Made by a program: the position numbers and the translations under genes | The notes under the pieces: model-generated | Database searches by the model: none | Told to the model about the DNA's origin: nothing | Seen by the model: the letters and a program-made list of their open reading frames with translations, nothing else | DNA from: Hyphochytrium catenoides | Lineage: Eukaryota > Protista > Hyphochytriomycota | Direction: 5' to 3' | NCBI GenBank assembly: GCA_900088475.1 | Contig: FLMG01001010.1 | Location: 124,001-188,000 of the forward strand | DNA length: 64,000 nucleotides | In this document: piece after piece, positions 10,223-20,953 of the stretch | How positions within the stretch are numbered: position 1 is the stretch's first letter | Layout of the letters: the number at the start of each line of letters is the position of its first letter

Positions 10223-12776
10223 ATGAGTGGCGTATCTCATGTCCGTCTTCCAACCGAGAGCCCTCCATACCGTCGCAATAGTGGAGACGAGGACGCCGAT
10301 TTGCATCCCGATTTCGATGCGGCCGACGCTACTCAAATGGCTGAGAGTGAAGGAGGGATCAGACATGAGCGGTTCCTAGCTGCACTGCCAACGGATAGTC
10401 CTCCTGTTACTCCAATGCAAATGAGGATCAGCCGAGGCTTTTCAGTTGCTTCGATCGGTGGAACGGGAAGTCCCACATCATCTCCTTCCGCTCTTCCCAT
10501 GAGAGGCAGATCGGGGAGTCGTCTGGGCCCCAGGCGGTTGTATCGTCAGCGCAGCTCCAGAATCGTCGATGTGGATGCTCAAGCAGTGAGGCAGACTGTG
10601 CTAACCAATAGCATGCAAGAAGCACAGAATGCAAGGACAAGCAGGATAGCCATATTCATTCTTACTGTGTGCTTTCTACCCCAAGTAAGTCTTAGTTTGG
10701 CATCAAGACTCAATCTCTAGTCCTGCTTCATTTGTATGTTTGCTACTGTTACACACGTCCTCGCTCCGCAGTCTCTCTATTCCACACTAAGAGAACTACT
10801 TGCCCTACAAAAGATTATCGTTGGCTCTGTGGTCCTCGCGTCGTACTGGGAACCTGGAGCCAAGATGTGCGGAAAGACCCAGATTTGGTCCCTGGCCGTG
10901 ATCATTCACATGGTCTTTTCTCTCGCTCTGGACTGGATAATGGTAGGCCCAGAGAGAGCTTTTTCTCACTCTCGTTGCGCCTCAACAGTATTGATGAGAA
11001 TATGCAAAGTATCCTGCTTCACGGCCTGACAATTTTTGGTAGTTTCCATTGTCACTTGTCTCGCTGTGGGCCATGTATGTAGTTCCTATGATTCCATTTA
11101 CAATCTCTGACATCTGAGGATAATCCCCTTGGCGTGTCGCTCGTAGAGTTATTCTTTTAGACAAGAATGACTCCTTTTACCGCTGATGTTCCTTTACAAC
11201 ATGCGCACGCGCTTACCACTATTCTGCTGAACTCTTTTGGGCGCTCTCATTCCATCTTGTCTGAACTACCTGGTGTTCAGTACTGGAAAGGTATCGTGCT
11301 TACGGACCCGGCACCCTCGGATTGGGGGGCCCGGATGGTTGAAAGGGTCAAGTACCTAGTGGATCTAGTGGGTCTGCTTCTCTTCGTGGTAAGTCACCTT
11401 GACCACTTACTTCTGGTTGAGGCTCCTCCGTACATTCCTGCGATTCAGGTTCACATCTCTGCTGATCTGCATAAAAGAAGACGTCCTCTCAGTTGGAATT
11501 CTCTTTTTGAGTCCGGTCGCGTATTCATTTCTCTCATTCTGTTGCAGAATATGCAACTCCTCAGACCTCTGCGCTACGTCTCATTGACTAAAGTGTAGAC
11601 CTGTCATTCTTCGATTGATTGATTGCCTTCTTGCCGCCTCACGTTTCTTTCATAGTTCCTATGACTCTCTGGCTCATGTCATTATCGTTGTTAACGGACG
11701 GATGTCGCATCTCTTCTCGTCTGACTCTATCCTGCTGTTGTCCCTATTCACTTCTACCTGTGCTGTTACGGGGAGTTTATTAACTTTCTCCTGTTGCTTT
11801 GTGCCTGACGGTTGCCACCGCTGACTCTTCAACCAATTGTTGCATGCGTCACGTCGCTGTTGTCGGTTCCAATAGCTGGGAAATGTCATTGTCTTCTCCT
11901 CTGACTCGGGGTGCAGAGATGAAGATTCAGGAGTCTATGCTTTGGGCTTGGCCTTGGTCATCATCAGCTACCTCCGCCTATGCTTCCCATGTGTGGTCAT
12001 TATCATCCTTCTTCCGCTGGCTTGCTTCTGTCTTCCGTGCCTTATACAGCTGCTCAATCGGCTACAAGATCCTCATAGGGCGAAAGGTGTTTCTCAAGAG
12101 GTAAGATGACTTTCCGCAAGAAGATAGGGTGCCGGGCGTTGAAGCCTAGAGGGTTCATGTGATACGTCTCATTTCGGTCACGTTCGTTGCTTCATGCTTA
12201 ATCTGACTTCCTTCGGTGTCCTATTGGACCGCTCCGGTGGTGGCGGGTGCACCACAAGTTTGTTTCTGGGCTTGCGCTTGTCAACGATTTTGGATTGTCG
12301 TGGCGCTGGTTCCTCTAACCTCTCTTTGTTTATCACCGATTTTAACATTGGGTTTCTTCGACTAAGCGTCTCTTGTCCGTTTCTGCTCTCTGAATTGCAT
12401 CTGAAAACAGCTGATTGACAAGCTAGAGGTGCGAAACTACTCAGCAGGGATGTTCCACGAAGGAGACTCAACCTGCTCCATATGTCTGTCCGATTATGAG
12501 GAAGGACAAGCACTTCGCATACTTCCTTGCGAGCACCACTTCTGTCGGGATTGTGTAGATGAGTGGCTTAAGGTCAATCCTTGCTGTCCACTCTGTAGAG
12601 CCGACGCCTTCCCGACTCAAACGCGCGAAACTCGTGCTCAAGAAGAGACGGACGATCCTTCTGTACCCAGCAGTGCAGCAGTAAGAATGGGTTCGCAACT
12701 TTCAGATATAGAGGAAGGTATCCCCTCGAACAATAGACGATCACTATCCACGTCACCTTCCTTGTCTGTCCTGTAG
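10223..12776 (+). CDS. Multi-pass transmembrane RING-finger E3 ubiquitin ligase (5 exons)
   Basis: Disordered N-terminus, then about 5 hydrophobic segments (e.g. IAIFILTVCFLPQIIVGSVVL; YLRLCFPCVVIIILLPLACFCLPCLIQLL). These are followed by KGVSQELIDKL and the RING CSICLSDYEEGQALRILPCEHHFCRDCVDEWLKVNPCCPLC. Stop TAG ends at 12776. Confidence 0.9.
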
Positions 12777-13076
12777 GAGGACAAACGCAGGCCCATCTAG
12801 CCTAGACGCAGTGTTATCACTGGAAAAGTGCTTAACGGCTGCACAAGACACCAGACAAACAGAACAGAGACGCAGACCAGCTCTGAAAGTCCTACACCAG
12901 ACCTTCGAGAGGGCATTGTTGATGCTTCTTTGTGTACATATCAAGGTCTACGTTCTATGTGTAAAGGTTAATGGGAGAATTGCACAAGACATGAAAAGGA
13001 TCCGATATACGACGAAGGAATAATTGATAAATTAGCAGGATAGAAAGATGAATAGCGTCTCTATCTTTCTTATTTG

Positions 13077-16000
13077 CTACTGCTTCCATCGAGGTTCGCG
13101 TAGGTCTTCTTCCGAGCCTTCACCACCCGCCTGAGGACACAAAGTGAGACAAAGAAGCCCTTAAGGTTAGCTTCATCAACGTTGCTCTTTCCTTCTGTGA
13201 ACCTACATCATCTTCCTTGCCAACCTACATCATCTTCCTTGCCAAGCCCGTGAGCGTCAATGGCACTGTCATCTTCCTCTTGAGTGGGAGAAGAAGTGGG
13301 ACCGTGCGTGCTTCCTGCCTTTGGGGTCTGTCTGTTCTCATGCCACTCCATCGAGAGCTCTGAGTCCTTGTACACTCCCTTCTGAGAGAGAGCCTGACAC
13401 GACCAAGGTCTTAGTACATCGTATGGGGAGACTCCCTGCTCTTGTCTGCGCTATTTCTATCCTTCTGCTTGGGTCAACAGGACGTTGCTATCTCATTGTG
13501 AACCATTCTCTAAACGTTCTGTCAACCCGAAGTTGCTAACTTCGCCTGAGGCTCTGACTTACCTTCTCCGCGCCGTATCGGTCCTTGAACTTGACAAAGA
13601 GTGCCTCTCCATCGACAGTAACAGAGTCCACCACTCCGAAAGAGTTAAAGTGCTCAATTGCTGCCGCCTCATTGCAAAGATCGGAGGGAGGATGGGAGAT
13701 ACGAAGAGTTGTCGAGCGCAGATCAAGAGACGTACTCCCTCTCGCTCGGCCTCGCCCTCTTCCGCGTCCCCCCGATGAAAATCTCCCTCCTCTCCCTCCC
13801 CTCCCATACGGTGCACCTCGCCCTCGCCAGGAGCCTCTATAGCTGGGAACGCTGATGCCTAAGCTCTCGGCCTCTGCTTCCAATGCCTTCAATTCCTCTT
13901 GAAGTGCGGTAGCCTCAGCCCCTTCCCCTCCTTCCGTCTCCCCGAAAGCTGTAGCTGCAGGAGCGGATGGCATCGCCGTTGTAGAGGGAGTGGAAGCTGA
14001 AAGAATGCCACCAGCCGCGTTTAGCTGCTCTTTCTTCAACAGGGTAGACAGCTGGTTGATCTTCTTCACCAAGTCGCCCTTGTCCTTCTCAGCCACGTTT
14101 GGCATCTCGTTCATTTTGTCCAATAGGCTTCTCGCTTGCTCTATCTGCTTCTTGAGCAACTCCTCTTTCTGTTTCTGTAGCTCCCTTTGCTTCTCGAGGA
14201 GTTGTCTCTTTTCCTCTAAAATTTTTGGAGCCTCTGCTGCTGCCTTTGCAGCCTGTTCTGCCCCTGTGGCACTTTCTTTCTCCTGATCCGTTTCCCCTTG
14301 GCCCCTGACATCAGAACCGTTTCTAGCTTCCTTTCCACTCCCCTCCTCCTCGGCAGACGGGGCTCCATCTGGAGATGGGGCATATTTAGCCCATCTTACC
14401 TCAATAAAACGGTTATTGCAAACTGGCAAAGGGGACAATAAAGCCTTCTTTGCCTCCTCATGGGACGAGAATTGGACGTAGGCAAGGTTTTTCTCCGGCC
14501 TCATGGCTACGTTGACAACATTACCAAAGCGAGAAAAGTGGGCGCTTAGTTTCGTCATGTTGACGAACTTGCTGTCAATGTTCATAACCCGAAGAGTCTT
14601 TTGCTCCTCGGGCCGAGATTCTCTCTCTTTGTCTCCGCCTGCGCCACCCTCAGGCGCCTCCGGATGAGATCTTCTTCTGCCATCTCGGCCCCTCCCTCTT
14701 CCTCCTCTATATGGAGCAAACTCCTCACGTCCCCCTCCCCAGGGTCCACGACCTGGTCCTCTTCCTCCTCTTCCCCTGTCCCCATCATCGCCTCGCATCC
14801 CTGGCGGACCCCAGCCTCTCATGCCTGGACCCGGACCCACGGGGGGCCCAGGCATCATACGTCCTTGCATCATCCCCATACCACCCATGTAACCCATGCC
14901 CATTCCCATTTGGGGACCAAGGACTCCTGGACGGGCATTAGGCGGCACCATTCCCCAACCAGGGCCTCTGATTCCTGGCCCCGGCAGTGCCATGGCACCT
15001 CGCATCATTGGAGGTGGAATACCGCTATTCGGTCCTCTATGGGAAGGGTTATCTGGATCATACTCTTCCTCGTAATGTGGCGGGGCTTGCATCTCCTCTC
15101 CCTCCGGTCCACCACGGGTAGGATAGCGATCCCTATCACTACCTCGCCGATCCATACCCCTTCCTCGGCCCCGACCAGTGTCTCCTCGTCGCTCTCCATA
15201 GCCACCTTTTCTACCACTACGGAGGGCCACGGGTGGAAGTTAGGTTTGAAAATAAGGTAGCGAGTCCACACTCAATCAAGGTTACAAGCTACCGCAGAAC
15301 ACCAAAGGACAAACTAACCTGTTATAGGAGGCAGTGTCTAAGGCGGCATACCAAAAATGATAACATCACTTACCCTCTAGTGCCTTCTCTACTCCCTCGC
15401 CGGCGGTTATGCCCATCTTCCCCTTCTCCTCTTCCCCTCTCTCTTCGGGCTGAAAGTGGGCGGTCAACCGCCTCATCATCGTTGCGGCGCCGTTTGAAAT
15501 GTCTGCCTTCTTCATCGCTTCCATCTCGCTCTCGCCTCCGATAATGGGTCTCCTTCTCGTCCTATATATGGTCTTAGACCTCAAAATTCGAAGTAGCGAA
15601 GGAAATAGAGAATGAAGAGTGAAATGAAATGATTGAAAAAGAGGCGGCAGGATAGCCAAAACCTCCGGATGACGAGGATTCGCGTCCTGGGGAAGAGCAT
15701 GGTGATAGAAGAAGTCCCGAATACCTCCTCCTCTGCTTCGTCCGTAGGCTTTTGGCTGGCGGGAGCCCTTTTCTGACCTCCCTCAAGGTAGTTAAAGAGC
15801 TTGGACACGAATCCACGAGTTTCTAGGACAGCAGGATGTCAGGAAGGGCCTTCACGAAGCAGCAAACACCAGAAAGCCAAGGTAGCGATTGGAGTGGAGA
15901 GAAATCTCTAGAACAGATACAGTGATGTGGCCAGAGAAAGAAAGGATCGGAGGGGAATAGGAAGGCTTACCGTCGCCCAGGAAGTCTGTCAATTGCTTGA

Positions 16001-16350
16001 CAGCATCCTCTCGGTTCAGTTTAGGGTTAGATAGAAGGGCCTGAATGTACTTGGCCAGGACATCCGGGTCTGCCTCACAGCTGTACGAGACAAACAGAGC
16101 ATGCCAGTCAGATAAATAGGGCGAGGCGGAATAGGGAAGAGAAGAAAGAAGCATTTTATGTGGGAATTGATAAATAGAGCAATGAGGGCAATGGCCTAAA
16201 AGGCAAGCGGCCGATCTTGAGCAAGAATTTATATCTCCACTTCTTTTTGGCTAGCTAGGCCACTCGTAGGCCAGCGAACTGTGCTACCTACATTGGGCCA
16301 AGGGCATCTACTAGCCAATTCTTCACTGTAGAACTCTGCGGGTCCAACAT
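13077..16350 (-). CDS. RBM26: RBM26/RBM27-like RNA-binding protein (PWI + RGG/Pro-Gly-Met region + RRM + coiled coil + RRM), about 7 exons
   Basis: N-terminal PWI (VKNWLVDALGPI|CEADPDVLAKYIQALL...QLTDFLGD|ETRGFVSKLF). RRM1 reads KLSAHFSRFGNVVNV...AYVQFSSHEEAKKAL...VCNNRFIEVRW; RRM2 reads LDLRSTTLRI...HFNSFG...VKFKDRYGAEKAL. Last exon AGGEGSEEDLREPRWKQ-TAG. Confidence 0.9.
13201..13244. repeat. Perfect 22-bp tandem duplication spanning a splice donor
   Basis: acctacatcatcttccttgcca twice; on the minus strand it reads TGGCAAGGAAGATGAT|gtaggt twice. Confidence 0.95.
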
Positions 16351-17234
16351 CTTGCCAATGGCAGTCGATATCCCGTGATCCACAGTAGATCTTGCCTAGA
16401 TGGCAGTTGCAGTTTGCTCAAGCAGAGGCTACTCGTCCGTCTTGTCTAGCACTAATGACAAATGTTTGATCTCATTTGCGGCACTGAACTTCCCAAATAG
16501 ATGGGCCTTGTGAAGCTGGCAAGTTCGACAACCCACGCGTGGACTGCCTCCAGATGTTAGGCTGACTGAGTTCTGCGGAAGAGAGCAAAAGCTTGGTCAG
16601 CTTTATTGCTCAGTGGTCATCTGATGATCTTCAGAATGCACTCTGCTGATCTTCACCTATCTATATTTCACTCTCTTTGGCCGATACTGATACATTAGAC
16701 CCCGTACTCTTGTGTCTAGCGATGTCTCTGTCTCCCCTATTACTTCTCTATTTGCAGCAATGTTTGGAGCGTTATCAGCCGCAAAGGGAACGCTCAAGCT
16801 TTTGGTAGGCACAAGGTCTACTAGTCAGAGCGCAGTAGTAATATGATCAATTTCTCTTTACGGTGATATAAGGCCTGGAAAGAGTAGTATTAGACATTCA
16901 CTGGCAAGAGATAAGCAGGAACTGAATTCAAAATCATGTGTGAAATGTGTTATTTGTTCCGAATAGAGCATGTCTCAATGGCGAAGTGGTATGCATCACT
17001 GCCACAGTAGGAAAGCCTGCCTACCCGAAAATAGGAACCGAGAAAGAGTCGCCGAATATACCAGCTGATTGATCCCCGTTCTCAAGAGCTTTCTTTCTTG
17101 ATTCCGATGGCAGATCTTCATCTCTACTAACAGGCTTCAGAGCTTCAGAGTTCTGAGTCGCTCGAGCCCAAGTTGCCAAGTACCTCTGTTCTCTGACCGC
17201 TGAGAGTCTGTTCAGGCTGCTCGTGGGCTGCTCA

Positions 17235-20200
17235 ATGGCAGATGCTGTGAAGAGGAAGGGACTTGCACGGAGAGAAAGACAGAAAGGTCAAAAGTCCCAT
17301 ACCGACATTGCAATCGGATTTGTTGGGTGGACCTTGCCAGCTGCTAAGCGTCGCAGAGGTGAAAATGAAGCTGTACGAAGAGCTGGAACGTGAGGAGTTC
17401 GACTTCCTTATAGTCGGCACTGGGCTGGAAGAATCCCTGCTGGCAGCGTAAGGTCTTTGCTTGTTGTTAGAATGCTCATGTCCTGTGCTGACATCTCCTC
17501 CTTACGACTTGGCACAGGGCATTCAGTAGAGTGGGGGCGAAGGTCCTTCACCTTGACGAGGTCTGGTCTAATCTAAGGTTTTGGGCCTCTATGTAGCGTG
17601 GGTCTATTCGATTTTTTGAAAGGGCTGGTTCCGTTTCCTCAACCTACGGCTGCCTACTCTACATCTGCTTGTCTCTCGAGTCCCTAACCAAGCGTTAATC
17701 CTAGGCCGACTATTATGGCTCTCAGGATGCTTCCCTTAATTTTCTCCAGCTCCAAGCTTGGATCAAAGACCACTTAGACTCTAAACAGGAAACAACGGCA
17801 GGGACAGCTTCCGGGAACGATTATCTAGACCGTTATCTACAACTCGTAGCGGAGAATCACTCAGGTCAGAAGAACGGAGATGGTTCGGCAGGAAGCATAT
17901 CAAGCGTGCGTATGAGGTTGTGAGAGACTCTATAGATTAACGATTAGTGCAGGTCGAGGAAAGAATGGTGAACGTCGGCATTTGGCCTGAGCATTGGCCT
18001 CGTAAAGCTAATCTCTCTCTTTCTCTCTCTCGACCCACCTCCTCCGGCCCGGCTCACAGTCGATCAAACAACTGAAACCTGGCACCCGGCCTGTCATGGG
18101 CTTGACATCAATCGTCGACCCCTTCCACTGGTTGGGAGCGGGGCTAAAGATACTACCGAAGACTCCAGCGTCATCACACCCGTGCTCTTTGGTTATTCCC
18201 ATCGGTTGGGAGTTTCCTCGATAACATCCCCTACTAAAGGCCAGTCAGGGTCCAGTTCATCGCTGACCAGGGAGGAAATCGAGAGCGTCCCACTGGGGAG
18301 AAGCCAGAAAGAATATAGGTAGACATGATGCCGATCTCTTCTCTTCCGGCCACTAGGCTTCCTTTGGTTCATAAGCTTTTCTCTCTAGACTTCTCTCATA
18401 CAGTGAATTGGATGAGCCCCGACGGCAGCCTTCTCAGAGTGACGAAGCGGAGATAGAGGAAACTATATCTCCGAGCGATAGCAACCTGGGAGAGGAGCTA
18501 GGCGAGGAGAGGCGAACAAGAGATGAGGACTTTCAAGAGCTTAGGCGCCGTTCGAGATCTTTCAACATAGATTTAAGTCCTCGACTTTGTCTTTGCGGGG
18601 GCGAAATGGTAGAGAGGCTAATTGAATCGGGGATAGGTCGCTATCTTGAATTCATGATACTAGAGAAGCTCTATGTGTGCACTGAGCTACCCTCCGGAGG
18701 TAGGACCCTTGAGCTTCTCTTCCTAGGCTCCTACGTCAGTATTGGGGCTTTCCTAGCTGCATATCATTGTTTATTGGTGCTATCCTCTGTCGTAAGGAGT
18801 ACACTTTAGTTTACGGTGAAGAACCGCTTTGTCTATGGCCTCACAACCTTGAACCCTTCAAGAAACCTCATCCTCAGGCGACGGTAGTGACGGCATATGG
18901 AAGGTACCCTGTTCCAAAGGTGACGTCTTCAAGAGCAAGCTGCTTTCAATGGGGGAGAAGCGGATGTTGATGAAGTTCTTGCAGTTCTGTGCGGACTACA
19001 CTGAACTCTTGGCTGGAGAAGACATTGAGACAAGGTGAGGCTCTCGGGTATGCCTTTGTATTTGAGGCCGGACANNNNCTTCCTGTCCTCCCGCCTGCTC
19101 TAGAAATGAGCGGCAGTTGGCTGCAGCGCGGGCTCTTACTCGACCGCAGAATAAGAAAGGGTTGGATTTTGACGTCGAGGGCTTTGAGCACAAGCCCTTC
19201 TCGTCGTTCTTGGAGCATTGTTCGCTTAGTAAGAAGCTGCAGGACATTATCCTCTACACGGTAGCACTGTTGACAGCCAATCAAAAACAGGTATGTTGAG
19301 GGCACTCCGAACTCTGAGCTGGGTTAACAATAGACGATGGAGAAGTTCCATGAGCGTATACTAAAGGCTGTCATAGCTCTTGGTTGCACAATCTCTTCAG
19401 AACATCTAGGCGAATATCTCCCGTCCTTTCGACTCTTTGGGTCTTCTCCTCTGTCCTTTGCCTCTATATGTTTACCGATCTCACTATTTGTGGCAATCCC
19501 TGTCAGGCCTACCAAGTCTCTACTCTCTCGGGTCTACGGTTACTCCGGCTCTACCTCTCCTCCATGGGAAGGTTCGGAGACAGCGGGTTAATGATATCCT
19601 CTTTTGGCTTTAGCGAGCTTCCCCAGGCCTTTTGTCGCTACAGTGCCACTTTTGGAGGCATTTACGTCCTCCAGAGACGTGTTGAGAAACTGCTTGTCCA
19701 TATAGGTCAGTAATCTTTTACTAGCACCTTGAACTCTCCCTTCTGACCAACGGTTTGACAATTGGGGGGATGTACTTTATCGCTCACTCCTGGCGCCAAA
19801 ATATGCTCCATCGGAGTTAGTTCCTTCTCCTCCGATATGAGAAATTCAAGACGTAGTTCACTGGAAATTGTGATCCGCCATTTATCTTTCCTCAATGTCT
19901 ATGTGTTTGATTGGCCTGCCCTGACTTCTCTTCCGCGTTACCTTTCGCTAGGAATCTCCAAAGCCGTGGCCTGTGTTACAGACCAGGGCGATGTGTTCCG
20001 AGCCAAGCACTTTGTCCTGAATGGAACCTACAAACACTCCTTTCTCTCTTCACCATCTCCTCCTCCCTCTCAAGACTCTAAACAGCGGAGGGTATTGCGG
20101 CGTATCTCGATCATCAGAAGGAGTATCAGCGCTGAGGGAGGAAGAGTGCTCTTGGTTGTTCCCCCACAAACGGTGGGGTTGGATAACCCTCATCCGGTGC

Positions 20201-20736
20201 AGGTCTTGCAGCTGGATAGCAGTGTCTCTGTGTGCCCAGAAGGCATGTACGTTATATACTTGTCAACTCTGTCACAAGCAGACGAAAGCGAAGTTCGGAG
20301 GGGAGAGGAGATACTTCGACTGCTTACTGAGAGGCTTCTTTCATCGACATCCTCTACCGTTGAGAGTGGCGAGGAGACCCAAGAGCTGTGGCATGTAACT
20401 TTCAGTGCCGAGGTTCATTCCGCAGGAGAAACACTTTCTCTTCCCCATAATGTCTTCCTTAGCTGTGGCAATGCCTCTGATGACCCAGCGGTCATCAGAA
20501 GTTCAACCGCAGCGAAACCAGAGGAATCGGCATCCAGACAACCTTTCTCCGTTCATTGTGAAGAGGCGATGTCTCTTGCCAAGGAACTCTTTCATGCGTT
20601 CTACCCCCAAGAAGAATTTTTGTCCAAATCTTTCAGCGCATCGCAGGCGGAGGCAGAAGAGGCGGACGAAGAGGGTAAGCTTGTAATGGAGGTCGCTTCT
20701 TTGGTCTCGGCCGCTAGGACAGAGGCAGACGAATAA
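17235..20736 (+). CDS. REP1: Rab escort protein (Rab GGTase component A; GDI/CHM family), multi-exon; alternative start at 17365
   Basis: Motifs [85 protein letters not shown] and [21 protein letters not shown]. The long insert after SCR1, [12 protein letters not shown] and the acidic C-terminus favour REP over GDI. Confidence 0.92.
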
Positions 20737-20953
20737 GGCCAGGGAGGGCCAATCCTGATAGATAATAGCTGTAAATAGCTGTAAGGGATAAGCCACTTGG
20801 ACACAGGTCTTCACGTGTACCTGCACTCTGCAGTAGTCCGAGTCGCCAACGAAACAAGAGTGGAGAGAGGAAGTGAATTCAAAATAACGCTCTTTGCTTG
20901 GCCCCGCCCTTTCTCCCTGTTCTTCTTTGTTCTAAATAATGATATGATGTTAT

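Noticed and set aside
14601-15260. 219-aa plus-strand ORF, and similar long ORFs such as 21090-21647 and 52224-52916
   Set aside because: They are antisense shadows of real minus-strand exons and have no recognisable motifs.
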